Assembly: GCA_963746075.1 (NCBI GenBank) | Contig: CAVUZY010000007.1 | Location: forward strand, 335,338-399,337 | Source of the DNA: an uncultured Chloroflexia bacterium | Lineage (GTDB): Bacteria; Chloroflexota; Limnocylindria; Limnocylindrales; CSP1-4 | Reading direction: 5' to 3' | Length of the DNA: 64,000 nucleotides | Shown: positions 53,652 to 62,918 of the stretch, piece after piece | Position numbering within the stretch: the stretch's first letter is position 1 | Layout of the letters: each line of letters starts with the position of its first letter | Made by a program: the position numbers and the translations under genes | The notes under the pieces: model-generated | Database searches by the model: none | What the model was told of the DNA's origin: nothing | Seen by the model: the letters and a program-made list of their open reading frames with translations, nothing else

Positions 53652-56636
53652 ATGACGTCGCCGTCCGCGGGCCGATCGCCCAGTGTCGCCCCCGCCGGCC
53701 GCCGGAGCCGTCGCGGCCCGAACGACCGAGGCGCCCGCGGCCCGAACGAGGCCGTCCGCGCCGAGCCCCTGACCGTCGGCACCGGCCGCGCCCGGGATCC
53801 GCTCGCCCTCGAGATCCGGCTCCTCGGCTCGCTCCTCGGCCAGGTGATCGCGGAGCAGGCCGGGCGGCCGCTGCTCGATCTCGTCGAGCGCGTCCGGCGA
53901 ACGACCATCCGGCTCCGGCGCGGGGACGATCCGTCCTTGCGGGCCGGACTCGTCGAGGAGCTCGCCGCTCTCGATCCCGACCGGGCGGAGGTCGTGGTCC
54001 GGGCGTTCAGCCTCTACTTCCGGCTCGTCAACCTCGCCGAGGAGCGCGAGCTCGTGCGCGAGGCCCGTCGGGCGGAGCGGGCCGCCCAGCGCTCGGCCGG
54101 CCGCCGGTCGACGATGACCGATGGTGGCCATGCGCCGGACGACTCGCTCGCGGCCGCGATCGACTGGCTCCGCCGATCTGGCGAGGACGAGGCGGGCATC
54201 GAGGCGGCGCTCGGGCGCCTCCGGATCAGCCCGGTCCTGACCGCCCACCCCACCGAGGCTCGCCGGCGGACGGTCCTGATCGCCCTGCGCCGAATCGATC
54301 GCCTCCTCCACCGGCTGGCCGATCGCGAGATCGTGGCCGACGAGGATCGCGACGTGCGGCGCCGGCTCCGCGAGGAGATCACGCTGCTCTGGCGGACCGC
54401 CGACCTCCGGGCGAGCGCGGTGTCCCCGCTGGACGAGGTCCGGACGGCCCTCGCCTTCTTCGATGAGACGCTGTTCAGCGTCGTGCCGCGGGTCTATCGC
54501 GCGGCGGACGCGGCCCTCGATGGCGGGCCGGGTGGGCGGTCGGCTGGCGGCGAGCCGGCCGAGGCCGTCGACACGGGACGGACCGGCACGCGCCCGTCGC
54601 GGGTCCCGCCGTTCCTGGCCTGGGAGTCGTGGATCGGCGGCGACCGAGACGGCAATCCGGCCGTGACGGCCGAGATCACCGAGCGGACGCTCCGGATCCA
54701 CGCCGATCACGTGCTGCGCGGCTACGAGGCGGTCGCGACCCGGCTTGCCCAGACGATCGCGGCAGCGACGCCCACCGAGCATGCGTCACGGGCACTCGGC
54801 CGGCGGCTCGCCCGCGATGCCGATCTCCTGCCGGACCTCGACCGCCAGCTCCGGCGGCGCTATCCGGATGAGCCCTACCGCCAGCGCTTCGGGTTCGTCG
54901 CCGAGCGGCTCCGCCGGACCCGCGCCTTCCTGACGGGCCAGGCCGCGCCCCTGACGGGTCGCTATGCCGGACCCGATGAGCTCGATAGCGAGCTGGCCGA
55001 GCTCCAGGACGCGCTGGTGGCCAACGGCCTGGCTCGAGTGGCCTGGGGCGAGGTCGCCGATCTCCGCGCCCAGCTCGCCACGTTCGGGTTCCACCTCGCC
55101 GCGCTCGAAGTCCGTCAGCACAGCGCCGCCCACCGCGAGGCGGAGTCGGCGATTCACGCCCGTCGCCTCGACCGCGAGGTCGTGCCGGGCGTGACCGCGG
55201 CCGAGGTCGTCGAGACGCTCCGGACCGTGGCCGCGGCGCAGGCCCGCTTCGGCCCCGGGGCGGCGGGCCGCTACGTGATCTCGTTCACCGCCGGAGCCGA
55301 CGACGTCAGCCGCCTGCTCCGGCTCGCCTCAGCCGCGGCGGACGACCACACCGGCGCCGACGGTCACGGCGCGATCGATGGCGCGCCGCCCGCCGCGCCC
55401 ACGCTCGACGTGGTGCCGCTGTTCGAGGACGCGGCGACCCTCGAATCGGCCGGCTCCATCCTCGACGCGATCCTCCGCGAACCGGCCTACCGGGCCCACC
55501 TCCGGAGCCGGGGCGATCGCCAGGAGGTCATGCTCGGCTACTCCGACTCGAACAAGGAATCGGGCTACCTCGCCGCGAACTGGCTCCTCCATCGCGCGCA
55601 GGCGGCGCTGGCCGCGGCGGCGCAGGCGCACGACATCGAGCTGACGCTGTTCCATGGACGCGGCGGTGCGATCGGGCGGGGTGGGGGACCGGCAAACCGG
55701 GCGATCCTCGGCCTCGCCTCCGGCTCGCTCGACGGCCGGCTGAAGCTGACCGAGCAGGGCGAGGTGATCGCTGCCAACTACGCCGATCGCGGGATCGCCC
55801 GGCGCCACCTCGAGCGGCTGGCAGCGGCGACGCTCGTCGCGTCGTCGGCGGCCCACACGGCAGCGCTGGCTCCCGTCGAGGCGGCCGGCGGCGCCCTGCT
55901 CGATGAGCTCGCGGCGGCCTCCCGGTCGGCCTACCGCAGCCTCGTCGAGGCGCCTGGGTTCGTGGCCTTCTTCCGGCTGGCCACCCCGATCGACGAGATC
56001 GCGACCCTCCGCCTCGGCTCGCGACCAGCCGCCCGCGGACGATCGGCCTCGAAGGTGTCGGGCAGCGGCCCAGCAATCAGCGCCTCGGCCCCCGAACCCG
56101 GCTCGATCGCCGACCTGCGCGCGATCCCGTGGGTCTTCGCCTGGTCGCAGGCGCGGATCGAGCTGCCCGGCTGGTACGGGCTCGGGGCGGCGCTCGAGGC
56201 CCACGCGGCGACGCACGGAGGGGCCGGGCTCGCGTCCCTCGGCCGGCTGTATGCCCGGTGGCCATTCTTTGCGAGCCTCGTCGACAACGCAGAGCTCGCC
56301 CTCGCCCGGGCGGATCTCGGGGTCGCCCGGCAATACGCGGCGCTGGCGGGCGACACGGCGACCGGGCCGTGGGCCGCCATCGAGGCCGAATACGCCCGAA
56401 CCGTCGGCTGGCTGGCCCGCCTGACCGGCCGCGACCGGCTGCTCGACCGTGACCCCGAGCTGCGCCGACGAATGGGGCTCCGCGACCCCTACGTCGACTC
56501 GCTGTCCGAGATGCAGGTGACCCTGCTTGCGCGGCTGCGCGCCCGCGAGCCGGACGACCCGGAGCGGACGCGCCTGCTGCGTCTCGTCCAGCTGACCGTC
56601 AACGGGATCGCTGCCGGCCTCCAGCGGACCGGCTGA
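53652..56636 (+). CDS. ppc: Phosphoenolpyruvate carboxylase
   Basis: Blocks VLTAHPTE, MLGYSDSNKESGYL and FHGRGGAIGRGGGP, with C-terminus VNGIAAGLQRTG. Confidence 0.93.
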   Translation: MTSPSAGRSPSVAPAGRRSRRGPNDRGARGPNEAVRAEPLTVGTGRARDPLALEIRLLGSLLGQVIAEQAGRPLLDLVERVRRTTIRLRRGDDPSLRAGLVEELAALDPDRAEVVVRAFSLYFRLVNLAEERELVREARRAERAAQRSAGRRSTMTDGGHAPDDSLAAAIDWLRRSGEDEAGIEAALGRLRISPVLTAHPTEARRRTVLIALRRIDRLLHRLADREIVADEDRDVRRRLREEITLLWRTADLRASAVSPLDEVRTALAFFDETLFSVVPRVYRAADAALDGGPGGRSAGGEPAEAVDTGRTGTRPSRVPPFLAWESWIGGDRDGNPAVTAEITERTLRIHADHVLRGYEAVATRLAQTIAAATPTEHASRALGRRLARDADLLPDLDRQLRRRYPDEPYRQRFGFVAERLRRTRAFLTGQAAPLTGRYAGPDELDSELAELQDALVANGLARVAWGEVADLRAQLATFGFHLAALEVRQHSAAHREAESAIHARRLDREVVPGVTAAEVVETLRTVAAAQARFGPGAAGRYVISFTAGADDVSRLLRLASAAADDHTGADGHGAIDGAPPAAPTLDVVPLFEDAATLESAGSILDAILREPAYRAHLRSRGDRQEVMLGYSDSNKESGYLAANWLLHRAQAALAAAAQAHDIELTLFHGRGGAIGRGGGPANRAILGLASGSLDGRLKLTEQGEVIAANYADRGIARRHLERLAAATLVASSAAHTAALAPVEAAGGALLDELAAASRSAYRSLVEAPGFVAFFRLATPIDEIATLRLGSRPAARGRSASKVSGSGPAISASAPEPGSIADLRAIPWVFAWSQARIELPGWYGLGAALEAHAATHGGAGLASLGRLYARWPFFASLVDNAELALARADLGVARQYAALAGDTATGPWAAIEAEYARTVGWLARLTGRDRLLDRDPELRRRMGLRDPYVDSLSEMQVTLLARLRAREPDDPERTRLLRLVQLTVNGIAAGLQRTG

Positions 56637-56649
56637 TCGTGGTCTCGCG

Positions 56650-57228
56650 TCAGCGCCGCGGCACGACGACCAGGTAGGCGCCGGTCCCGCCGGCCTCGAC
56701 CTTGCTCATGACGAAGACCGCGTCGCCCGTCTTCAGGGCGGCGATCGCGGCCTTCCCGCCGTCCCGCCGGACCCGGGTCTCGTCGCCGAGCTGGACGGTG
56801 ACCGAGCCGCCGCCCGCCTCCGCGATCGTCAGCGACGTGGCAGAGACTGCGGAAATCGTGCCGCGGTCGAGCTGAACGGTGGTCAGACCGCCCTTCTTGA
56901 GGTCGACCACGACCGTCGCGTGGACGAGGCGGCCCCATGCGGCCAGACGGCGGAGCTGGCCGCGCGGGCCGGCGCGATCGGCCGGGGCGGCGTTCGTCTC
57001 GGCGGCAAGGATCGCATCGAGCTCCAGGGCGAGGTCGCCGCTGTCGGCGGCGCCGGGTGCCGCGACACCGGTGTCGGCCGCTGGGTCGCTCGGGGTGACC
57101 GCGCCGATCGTCGCGCCGAGCTGTACCGACTCGGCCGGCGCGCCGGCCCGAACGAGGGCGATCGCGGCCGCCGCAACGAGAACCGCGATGGCGGCCGTGA
57201 CGACGATCCGGCGCAGGAAAACGGTCAT
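56650..57228 (-). CDS. Membrane-anchored hypothetical protein
   Basis: ATG 57228. N-terminal TM IVVTAAIAVLVAAAAIALV, then a beta-rich C-terminal region. No recognised family. Confidence 0.55.
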   Translation of the reverse strand: MTVFLRRIVVTAAIAVLVAAAAIALVRAGAPAESVQLGATIGAVTPSDPAADTGVAAPGAADSGDLALELDAILAAETNAAPADRAGPRGQLRRLAAWGRLVHATVVVDLKKGGLTTVQLDRGTISAVSATSLTIAEAGGGSVTVQLGDETRVRRDGGKAAIAALKTGDAVFVMSKVEAGGTGAYLVVVPRR

Positions 57229-57379
57229 GGTCGGGACTCCGTGGCAGACCTGGTCGAGCGGCGCGGGACGCGTCATCGCCGGACGATCGGGCCCGCGGAT
57301 GATCCCATGCGCGCCCCGATGTAAGCGCTCGGTAAGGCCGCAGTCGCCGGGCGCGCCGCGACGGGGCCTCGGCGCACCG

Positions 57380-58237
57380 TCAGGCCGGGAGCCGGAGCAC
57401 GTCGCCGTGGCGTCCGATGATCGGCTCCACGGCGCCCCGCGCAAACCAGTAGACCGCGCCGTCTCCGGCGACCCGCCAGTCGTGGCCGTCAGGCCCGTTC
57501 GGCACCGAGATTACGCCGGTCCGCTCATCGAGCCCGAGGTAGCCCATGCCGCCGGGAGCGAGCTCGTCGAGCGTCGCCTGCCACGACGTCCGTCGCACCT
57601 CGTCGTAGTGCGGGACGACGGCGATGCCCCGGACGAGCCCGAGGCCGCGGATCCCGCCGCCCGACGTCCAGGTCCACTCGGCGAGGGCCATCGCCCCGGC
57701 GCTGGCGCCGGCGATTACCGCCCCAGCCTCCCAGGCAGCGACGAGCGCGGCGAATGCCGGGCTGCCGGCCAGGATCGCCGGCACGAGGTCCGGATCGCCC
57801 CCGGGAAGGTGGATCAGGTCGGCCGCTTCGATGCGCTCGACCTCGGCCGGACCCGCCGCGCTCGCCGCGTCGACGACCCGTGCCACGTTGACGGTGATCT
57901 GCCGGGCCGTCGCGGCTGCGCGCCGGGCGAATGCCGCCTGGCCGGTCGCCGCCGCTAGGTCGGGCCGGCCGCGCGCGGCCGCGGTCGGCAGGATCACCAC
58001 GCGCAGCGTCGCGACGGCGGTCTCGAGCGCGTGGCCGCTGACGTCGAGGTCGGGCCTTGCGAGGTCGGCTCCCCGGCCGGCGTCGGCGCCAGGGCCAGCG
58101 ACGGGGTCGCCCGCCGGCCGCGCCCGATCGCGTCGCCGCAGCGCGGCCTCGGTTGCCGCGTCCAGGAGGGCATCGAGGAACGGCTCATCGCCCGCGACGT
58201 ACTCGCCGCCGCCGTGCAGACCGATCGGACCGCTCAT
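57380..58237 (-). CDS. Peptidase S51 / cyanophycinase-like (class I glutamine amidotransferase-like fold)
   Basis: ATG 58237. HLPGGDP and IAGASAGAMAL suggest a Ser nucleophile context. The upstream part of the 551-aa ORF is Arg-rich artefact. Confidence 0.6.
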   Translation of the reverse strand: MSGPIGLHGGGEYVAGDEPFLDALLDAATEAALRRRDRARPAGDPVAGPGADAGRGADLARPDLDVSGHALETAVATLRVVILPTAAARGRPDLAAATGQAAFARRAAATARQITVNVARVVDAASAAGPAEVERIEAADLIHLPGGDPDLVPAILAGSPAFAALVAAWEAGAVIAGASAGAMALAEWTWTSGGGIRGLGLVRGIAVVPHYDEVRRTSWQATLDELAPGGMGYLGLDERTGVISVPNGPDGHDWRVAGDGAVYWFARGAVEPIIGRHGDVLRLPA

Positions 58238-58360
58238 GGATTCCCCCCGGCGCTCGGCCCCGTCGGGACCGCCCGCTCTCCATCCAGCACGGTCTGGCCA
58301 GGCACCGCGCGATGATACGGGCCCGGCGTCTGCCATCCGTCGCGCTACGATCCGGGGCCG

Positions 58361-59704
58361 ATGTCCCTCCGCCCCGGCGACGTCGTCGCCCGGATCGTCG
58401 CCTGGACCCGCCGCTGGGACGCGATCCTTCCGCTCCTGGCCGCCGAGCTGATCGTCTGGCTCGGGTTCGGCGCGCTGCTCCCGATCATGCCGATCTACTT
58501 CACCGAGAACGGCATCGACCTGGCGACGCTCGGCGTCGTCGTCGCGGCGTGGCCGGCTGCCCGCCTGGTGGGCGAGCCGATCTTCGGCTGGGTGGCCGAT
58601 CGGACCCGACGCGTGCCGCTGATGGTCGCCGGCAACATCGGCGCGGGGATCTTCCTGTTCCTGCCGCTGATCTTCGTCGGAGCCGCACCGTTCATCGCGC
58701 TCCGCGCCCTGGCCGGGCTGGCGACCTCGATCTACGACCCCGCCGCCCGCGGCTACATCAGCGACGCGACGCCGGTCGACCGACGCGGTGAGGCGTTCGG
58801 GCTGTACGGGGCCGCACAGATGGGCGGGCTCCTCCTCGGGCCGGCGATCGGCGGCCTCGGCTCGGCACTGTTCGGCGGATTCGGCTTCATCTTCATCTTC
58901 GGCGGGCTGAGCTCGTTCGTGGCGGCGGCCGCGATCGCGATCCGGGTTCGCGAGCTGTCGCCGGTCGCGGGAGCGACCCGCGAGCACCATCCGGCGTCGG
59001 TCGACCTGACGGCGTTTCCCCATGAGCCGGACCACCTCGTCGGGCGGACCAGCCGGATCGCCGGCCCGGACGACGGCGGGTCCGGTGCCGAGAGCGAAAC
59101 CGGCGGGCCGGCCAGGCTCGCCAATCGGATCCTCGTTGCGGCGATCCTGTTCAACATCGGGGGCAACTTCGCCGCCGGGACGTACGAGGTGATCTGGTCG
59201 CTGTTCCTGACGGGGCTCGGCGGCAGCATCCAGCTCGTGGGCCTCACGTTCGCAATGTTCGGCCTGCCGGTGCTCGTCCTGTCACCGGCGTTCGGCCGGC
59301 GGGTCGATCGTGGCGGCATGACGATCTTCCTCGTCGCGGGGACCGTCCTGCCTGTGGCGGCAGCGCTCCTCTACACGGTGATCAAGGATCCGCTCCTGTC
59401 GGTTCCGCTGATCCTCGTCGAGGCGACCGGGTTCGCGATGTTCAACCCGGCCCTCTTCTCGATCGTCGCCGCGGGCAGCCCGCCGGGGCGGTCGTCGACG
59501 GCACAGGGGGTGTTCGGGGCGGCGGGGACGCTCGGCTTCGTGATCGGCTCGCTCCTGGCGGGCTCGCTTGCCGAGATCGACATCCGGGTGCCGTTCTTCG
59601 TGTTCGCCACGGTGATGGCCGGGTTCACGGTGGCCGCGTTCATCGTGGGCGGTCGGACGCTACGGCAGGGCTGGGCGGTTCGCGGCGAGGCTCGGGCCGC
59701 CTGA
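58361..59704 (+). CDS. MFS transporter
   Basis: 447 aa, about 12 TM helices, with the MFS loop GWVADRTRRVP between TM2 and TM3. Confidence 0.88.
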   Translation: MSLRPGDVVARIVAWTRRWDAILPLLAAELIVWLGFGALLPIMPIYFTENGIDLATLGVVVAAWPAARLVGEPIFGWVADRTRRVPLMVAGNIGAGIFLFLPLIFVGAAPFIALRALAGLATSIYDPAARGYISDATPVDRRGEAFGLYGAAQMGGLLLGPAIGGLGSALFGGFGFIFIFGGLSSFVAAAAIAIRVRELSPVAGATREHHPASVDLTAFPHEPDHLVGRTSRIAGPDDGGSGAESETGGPARLANRILVAAILFNIGGNFAAGTYEVIWSLFLTGLGGSIQLVGLTFAMFGLPVLVLSPAFGRRVDRGGMTIFLVAGTVLPVAAALLYTVIKDPLLSVPLILVEATGFAMFNPALFSIVAAGSPPGRSSTAQGVFGAAGTLGFVIGSLLAGSLAEIDIRVPFFVFATVMAGFTVAAFIVGGRTLRQGWAVRGEARAA

Positions 59705-59768
59705 CGACGGGCGGTGTCGTGAGCGTGGCCGCGGCGACGCGGCGGGGCACTCGGGGTGAACGCGCAGG

Positions 59769-59987
59769 TCAGGCGGTGCGGAGCCTGCGACCGGGCTGCT
59801 CGCGCCGGCGGTCGAGCCGAGCGCGCAACCCCACGGTCGGCGCCCCGAGCCTGCCGCGCAGATCGCGCGGATCGATCCGTGGCGGATCCGTCCGCGCCGT
59901 CACGAGCGATCCGGCGAGTCGATCGTGGAAGGCGCTGACAACCGACGCGACCTCGCGGTCAAGATCGGTGCGGTGGCGTCTGAACAT
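59769..59987 (-). CDS. Small hypothetical protein (72 aa; could extend to 60125)
   Basis: ATG 59987 and GC3 about 80%. No recognisable motif. The opposite-strand 206-aa ORF is Arg/Ser-rich. Confidence 0.3.
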   Translation of the reverse strand: MFRRHRTDLDREVASVVSAFHDRLAGSLVTARTDPPRIDPRDLRGRLGAPTVGLRARLDRRREQPGRRLRTA

Positions 59988-60096
59988 GTCGGCGACACTG
60001 CGCCGGCCGGTGCGTCGGGGCAACCCCGCCGTTCTGACCAGACGCGACGGGACCTTCGTACCAGGACTCGAGCCGGCGATGATGCCTGCGTCGGTC

Positions 60097-60321
60097 TCAG
60101 GTTGGATCGACGTCGGCCGCCGCATCCTTCAGGAGGAGCTTCGCCTCGGCAGCCGACAACGCGTCCGCCACGCCCGAATGCGTGAGCTCCTGGTACGCGT
60201 CCCGCAGGCGGTCACACGCTCGTTGCGCCGCGTCATGCTCGAGACTCTCGGGTGGGAGCGTCAACGCCAGCCGTTCGGCGCGTCGCCAGGCGGCCATGAT
60301 CTCCGCGACCAGCTTCTGCAA
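60097..60321 (-). CDS. Small helical hypothetical protein (74 aa)
   Basis: ATG start, GC3 about 84%, predicted all-helical. No recognisable family. Confidence 0.45.
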   Translation of the reverse strand: MQKLVAEIMAAWRRAERLALTLPPESLEHDAAQRACDRLRDAYQELTHSGVADALSAAEAKLLLKDAAADVDPT

Positions 60322-60405
60322 GGATCCCTCGATCTGTGACGGGGGTCGATCAGCCTGTGGCCCATCGAGTGTACCCGGCCCGAGACACCATTCGCCCTTC
60401 TTCGT

Positions 60406-60434
60406 TTGACCCGGGTGCGATCAGTCGCTACAGT
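60406..60434 (+). promoter_or_regulatory. Sigma70-like promoter of the initiator tRNA
   Basis: TTGACC - 17 nt - TACAGT. The -10 element ends 7 nt before tRNA position 1. Confidence 0.6.
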
Positions 60435-60441
60435 TGGCAGT

Positions 60442-60516
60442 CGCGGGGTGGAGCAGCGGCAGCTCGTCGGGCTCATAACCCGAAGGTCGGCGGTTCGAAT
60501 CCGTCCCCCGCAACCA
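60442..60516 (+). tRNA. Initiator tRNA-fMet (anticodon CAU), CCA encoded
   Basis: C1xA72 mismatch (CGCGGGG/CCCCGCA), A11:U24, three G:C pairs in the anticodon stem (TCGGG-CTCATAA-CCCGA), T arm GGCGG-TTCGAAT-CCGTC. Confidence 0.95.
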
Positions 60517-60581
60517 ATGCCTGCACCTGAACCCCGGGTCCGACCGCCCGGGGTTCTTCTTTGCCCGGAACGGGCTCGCGG

Positions 60582-61361
60582 CTACTCCCAGCGGAAGGTC
60601 GCCGCTGCCAGCCCGCTTGCGACGAAGGCCCACGCCGCCAGGAGTACCACGGGGCTCATGACGTCCGCGCCGGGCGGGGCGCTCCCGAGCGCCACGCGAA
60701 GCAGCTCCGACAACGGCGCCGCCGGCAGGCCCGCCGCGATGCCGACCAGCGGTCCCGGCAGCCGTTCGATCGGGACGATGACGCCACCGACGACGAGGAA
60801 CGCGAGGAAGAGGACGTTCGCGACGGCCAGGACGGTCTCGGCCCGAAGCGTGCCGGCGAGCAGCAGCCCGAGTCCGGCAAACGCCACCGTTCCGAGCACG
60901 ACCGCCACGACGAGCAGCGCCGGCGAGGCGGCTCCCGCCGCGCCGGCTCCGGCCGCGCCACCGGTCCAGCCGAGCGCGATGGTCGCGGTGCCGACAAGCA
61001 GCGCAACCTGGACCGCCTCGACCACGAGCACCGTCAGCAGCCGCGCCACCACGAGCTCTACTCGGCTGAGCGGCGACCCACCGAGTCGTTTCAGGACCCC
61101 GTACGAGCGGTCGTAGGCCGTCGTGATCCCGAGGCTGACCAGGCTCGTCGCGACGATCCCAAGGGCGATCGCGCCGGGCAACACGAAGTCCACGGGTCGG
61201 CCAGCGCCGGTGGGCAGGATCGAGATCGACGAGAAGAGGAGGAGCACGATCGTCGGGATGACGATCGTCGCGAACAGGTTCTCGCCGCGACGGAGGACGA
61301 GCCGGAGCTCCATCGCGGTGATCGCCGCGATGGCCTGGATCGGCGAAGCCGGCCGGCTCAC
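60582..61361 (-). CDS. ABC-2-type transporter permease
   Basis: 259 aa, six TM helices. Start overlaps the ATPase stop. Confidence 0.8.
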   Translation of the reverse strand: MSRPASPIQAIAAITAMELRLVLRRGENLFATIVIPTIVLLLFSSISILPTGAGRPVDFVLPGAIALGIVATSLVSLGITTAYDRSYGVLKRLGGSPLSRVELVVARLLTVLVVEAVQVALLVGTATIALGWTGGAAGAGAAGAASPALLVVAVVLGTVAFAGLGLLLAGTLRAETVLAVANVLFLAFLVVGGVIVPIERLPGPLVGIAAGLPAAPLSELLRVALGSAPPGADVMSPVVLLAAWAFVASGLAAATFRWE

Positions 61362-62356
61362 GACGAGCCGCCACGACGGCGAGAGGCCGCGACCGGAGCC
61401 GCCTGATCGTCGAGCGCCTCGTCGCCCGCCGCCCCGATCAGCTCGAGATAGCGCTCCTCGAGGGAGCTGCCGCCCGTCTGCAGCTCAACGATCTGGGCAC
61501 CCCGCTCCCCGCACCACGCCGCGACCTGGGCAACAACCGCGGGCGAGGGAACCAAGCCATCGACGCGGTGGCGGCCGGCGCCCTCATCAACGACGGAGGC
61601 CGATAGCGCTTCGCCCAGAGTCACCCGATCCGCCTCGGACAAGGGCGCCTCGAGCCGGAATCGGAGGATCGGCGCGGCCTCCGCCGTGAGCTCGTCGGGC
61701 GACCCGATGGCGACGATCCGGCCGCGATCGAGGATCGCGAGGCGGTCGACGAGCCGCTCGACGTCGGCCAGGTCGTGGCTCGTGAGCAGGATCGTCACGC
61801 CGCTCGCGCGGAGTCCCGCAAGGACGGCACGCGTCGCGGCGCGCGCCTCGACGTCCAGACCGGCGGTCGGCTCGTCGAGGATCGCGATCTCCGGAGTGCC
61901 GACCAGCGCCAGCGCCAGCCCGACCCGCTGGCGCTCGCCGCCGGACAGCCGTCGATAGCGGGTCCGCACCGTCGCGCCGGTCAGGCCGACGAGCTCGAGC
62001 AGCGCGTCGACCGGCCGCGGATCGGCGTGGAATCGGGCGTGGAGCCCGACGACCTCGCGCGCCGTCATCCGCGGGTCGATCCCGCCGCCGCCCTGGAGCA
62101 TCAGCCCCACCCGCGCCCGATGCGCCCGCCCCGCCCCGCCCGGATCGATGCCGCGGACCCGGACGTCGCCGCGGTCGGGCCTCCGATAGCCCTCGATGAT
62201 CTCGACGGTGGTCGTCTTGCCGGCGCCGTTCGGTCCGAGCAGGGCGAAGATCTCGCCGGCGCCGACCTCGAACGAGAGGCCGCGCAGGACGGGACGACCG
62301 CCGTACGCCTTGCCGAGATCGCGGACCGCGATCGCGGGAGCGGCCCCGCCGCTCAC
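61358..62356 (-). CDS. ABC transporter ATP-binding protein (DrrA/NatA-like)
   Basis: Walker A GPNGAGKTT, signature LSGGERQR, Walker B ILDEPTAGLD, and a C-terminal extension. Confidence 0.9.
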   Translation of the reverse strand: MSGGAAPAIAVRDLGKAYGGRPVLRGLSFEVGAGEIFALLGPNGAGKTTTVEIIEGYRRPDRGDVRVRGIDPGGAGRAHRARVGLMLQGGGGIDPRMTAREVVGLHARFHADPRPVDALLELVGLTGATVRTRYRRLSGGERQRVGLALALVGTPEIAILDEPTAGLDVEARAATRAVLAGLRASGVTILLTSHDLADVERLVDRLAILDRGRIVAIGSPDELTAEAAPILRFRLEAPLSEADRVTLGEALSASVVDEGAGRHRVDGLVPSPAVVAQVAAWCGERGAQIVELQTGGSSLEERYLELIGAAGDEALDDQAAPVAASRRRGGSS

Positions 62357-62365
62357 TGCCGCCGC

Positions 62366-62902
62366 TCATTGCCCGCCGGCGATGGCCGCGTATTGGCGCT
62401 CGAAATCGGTGTCGACGACCTCGCCGATCTGGATCGACTGGAGGATCCCGTTTCGGTCGACGAAATAGGTCTGCGGCCGGCCGAGCACCCGGTAGGCCGC
62501 CTTGATGCGGGCGCCCGGATCGATGACCGTCGCCCACGTCCCGCCGTTCGCCGCCGCGAACGCCCGGGCGGGCTCGACCGGATCGTCGGTCAGGACGCCG
62601 ACGATCACCAGGCCGTCGGCTCCGTGCTCGGCGGCCTTGCGAGCCAGGAGCGGGAACTCGGTCCGGCACGGGACGCACGTCGGGCCCCAGAAGTTGATGA
62701 TCACCGGCTTGCCGCGGAGTGTCGCGAGGTCGAATGGCGCCCCGTCGAGCGTCGTTCCCGTGATGTTCGGAACCGGCTTGCCCTTGCCGATCTCGATGGT
62801 CGTCGCCGGGCCGCACGCAACGACGCCGAGGGCGACAATCGCGGCGACGATGAGGCGGAGCAGGGCGCCAACGAGCCGGGTCGACCGGCGCGGTGAGGTC
62901 AT
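62366..62902 (-). CDS. TlpA/ResA-like thiol:disulfide oxidoreductase lipoprotein
   Basis: Lipobox GVVAC and thioredoxin motif FWGPTCVPC. Confidence 0.88.
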   Translation of the reverse strand: MTSPRRSTRLVGALLRLIVAAIVALGVVACGPATTIEIGKGKPVPNITGTTLDGAPFDLATLRGKPVIINFWGPTCVPCRTEFPLLARKAAEHGADGLVIVGVLTDDPVEPARAFAAANGGTWATVIDPGARIKAAYRVLGRPQTYFVDRNGILQSIQIGEVVDTDFERQYAAIAGGQ

Positions 62903-62918
62903 TTGCGCGCGGTGCGGC

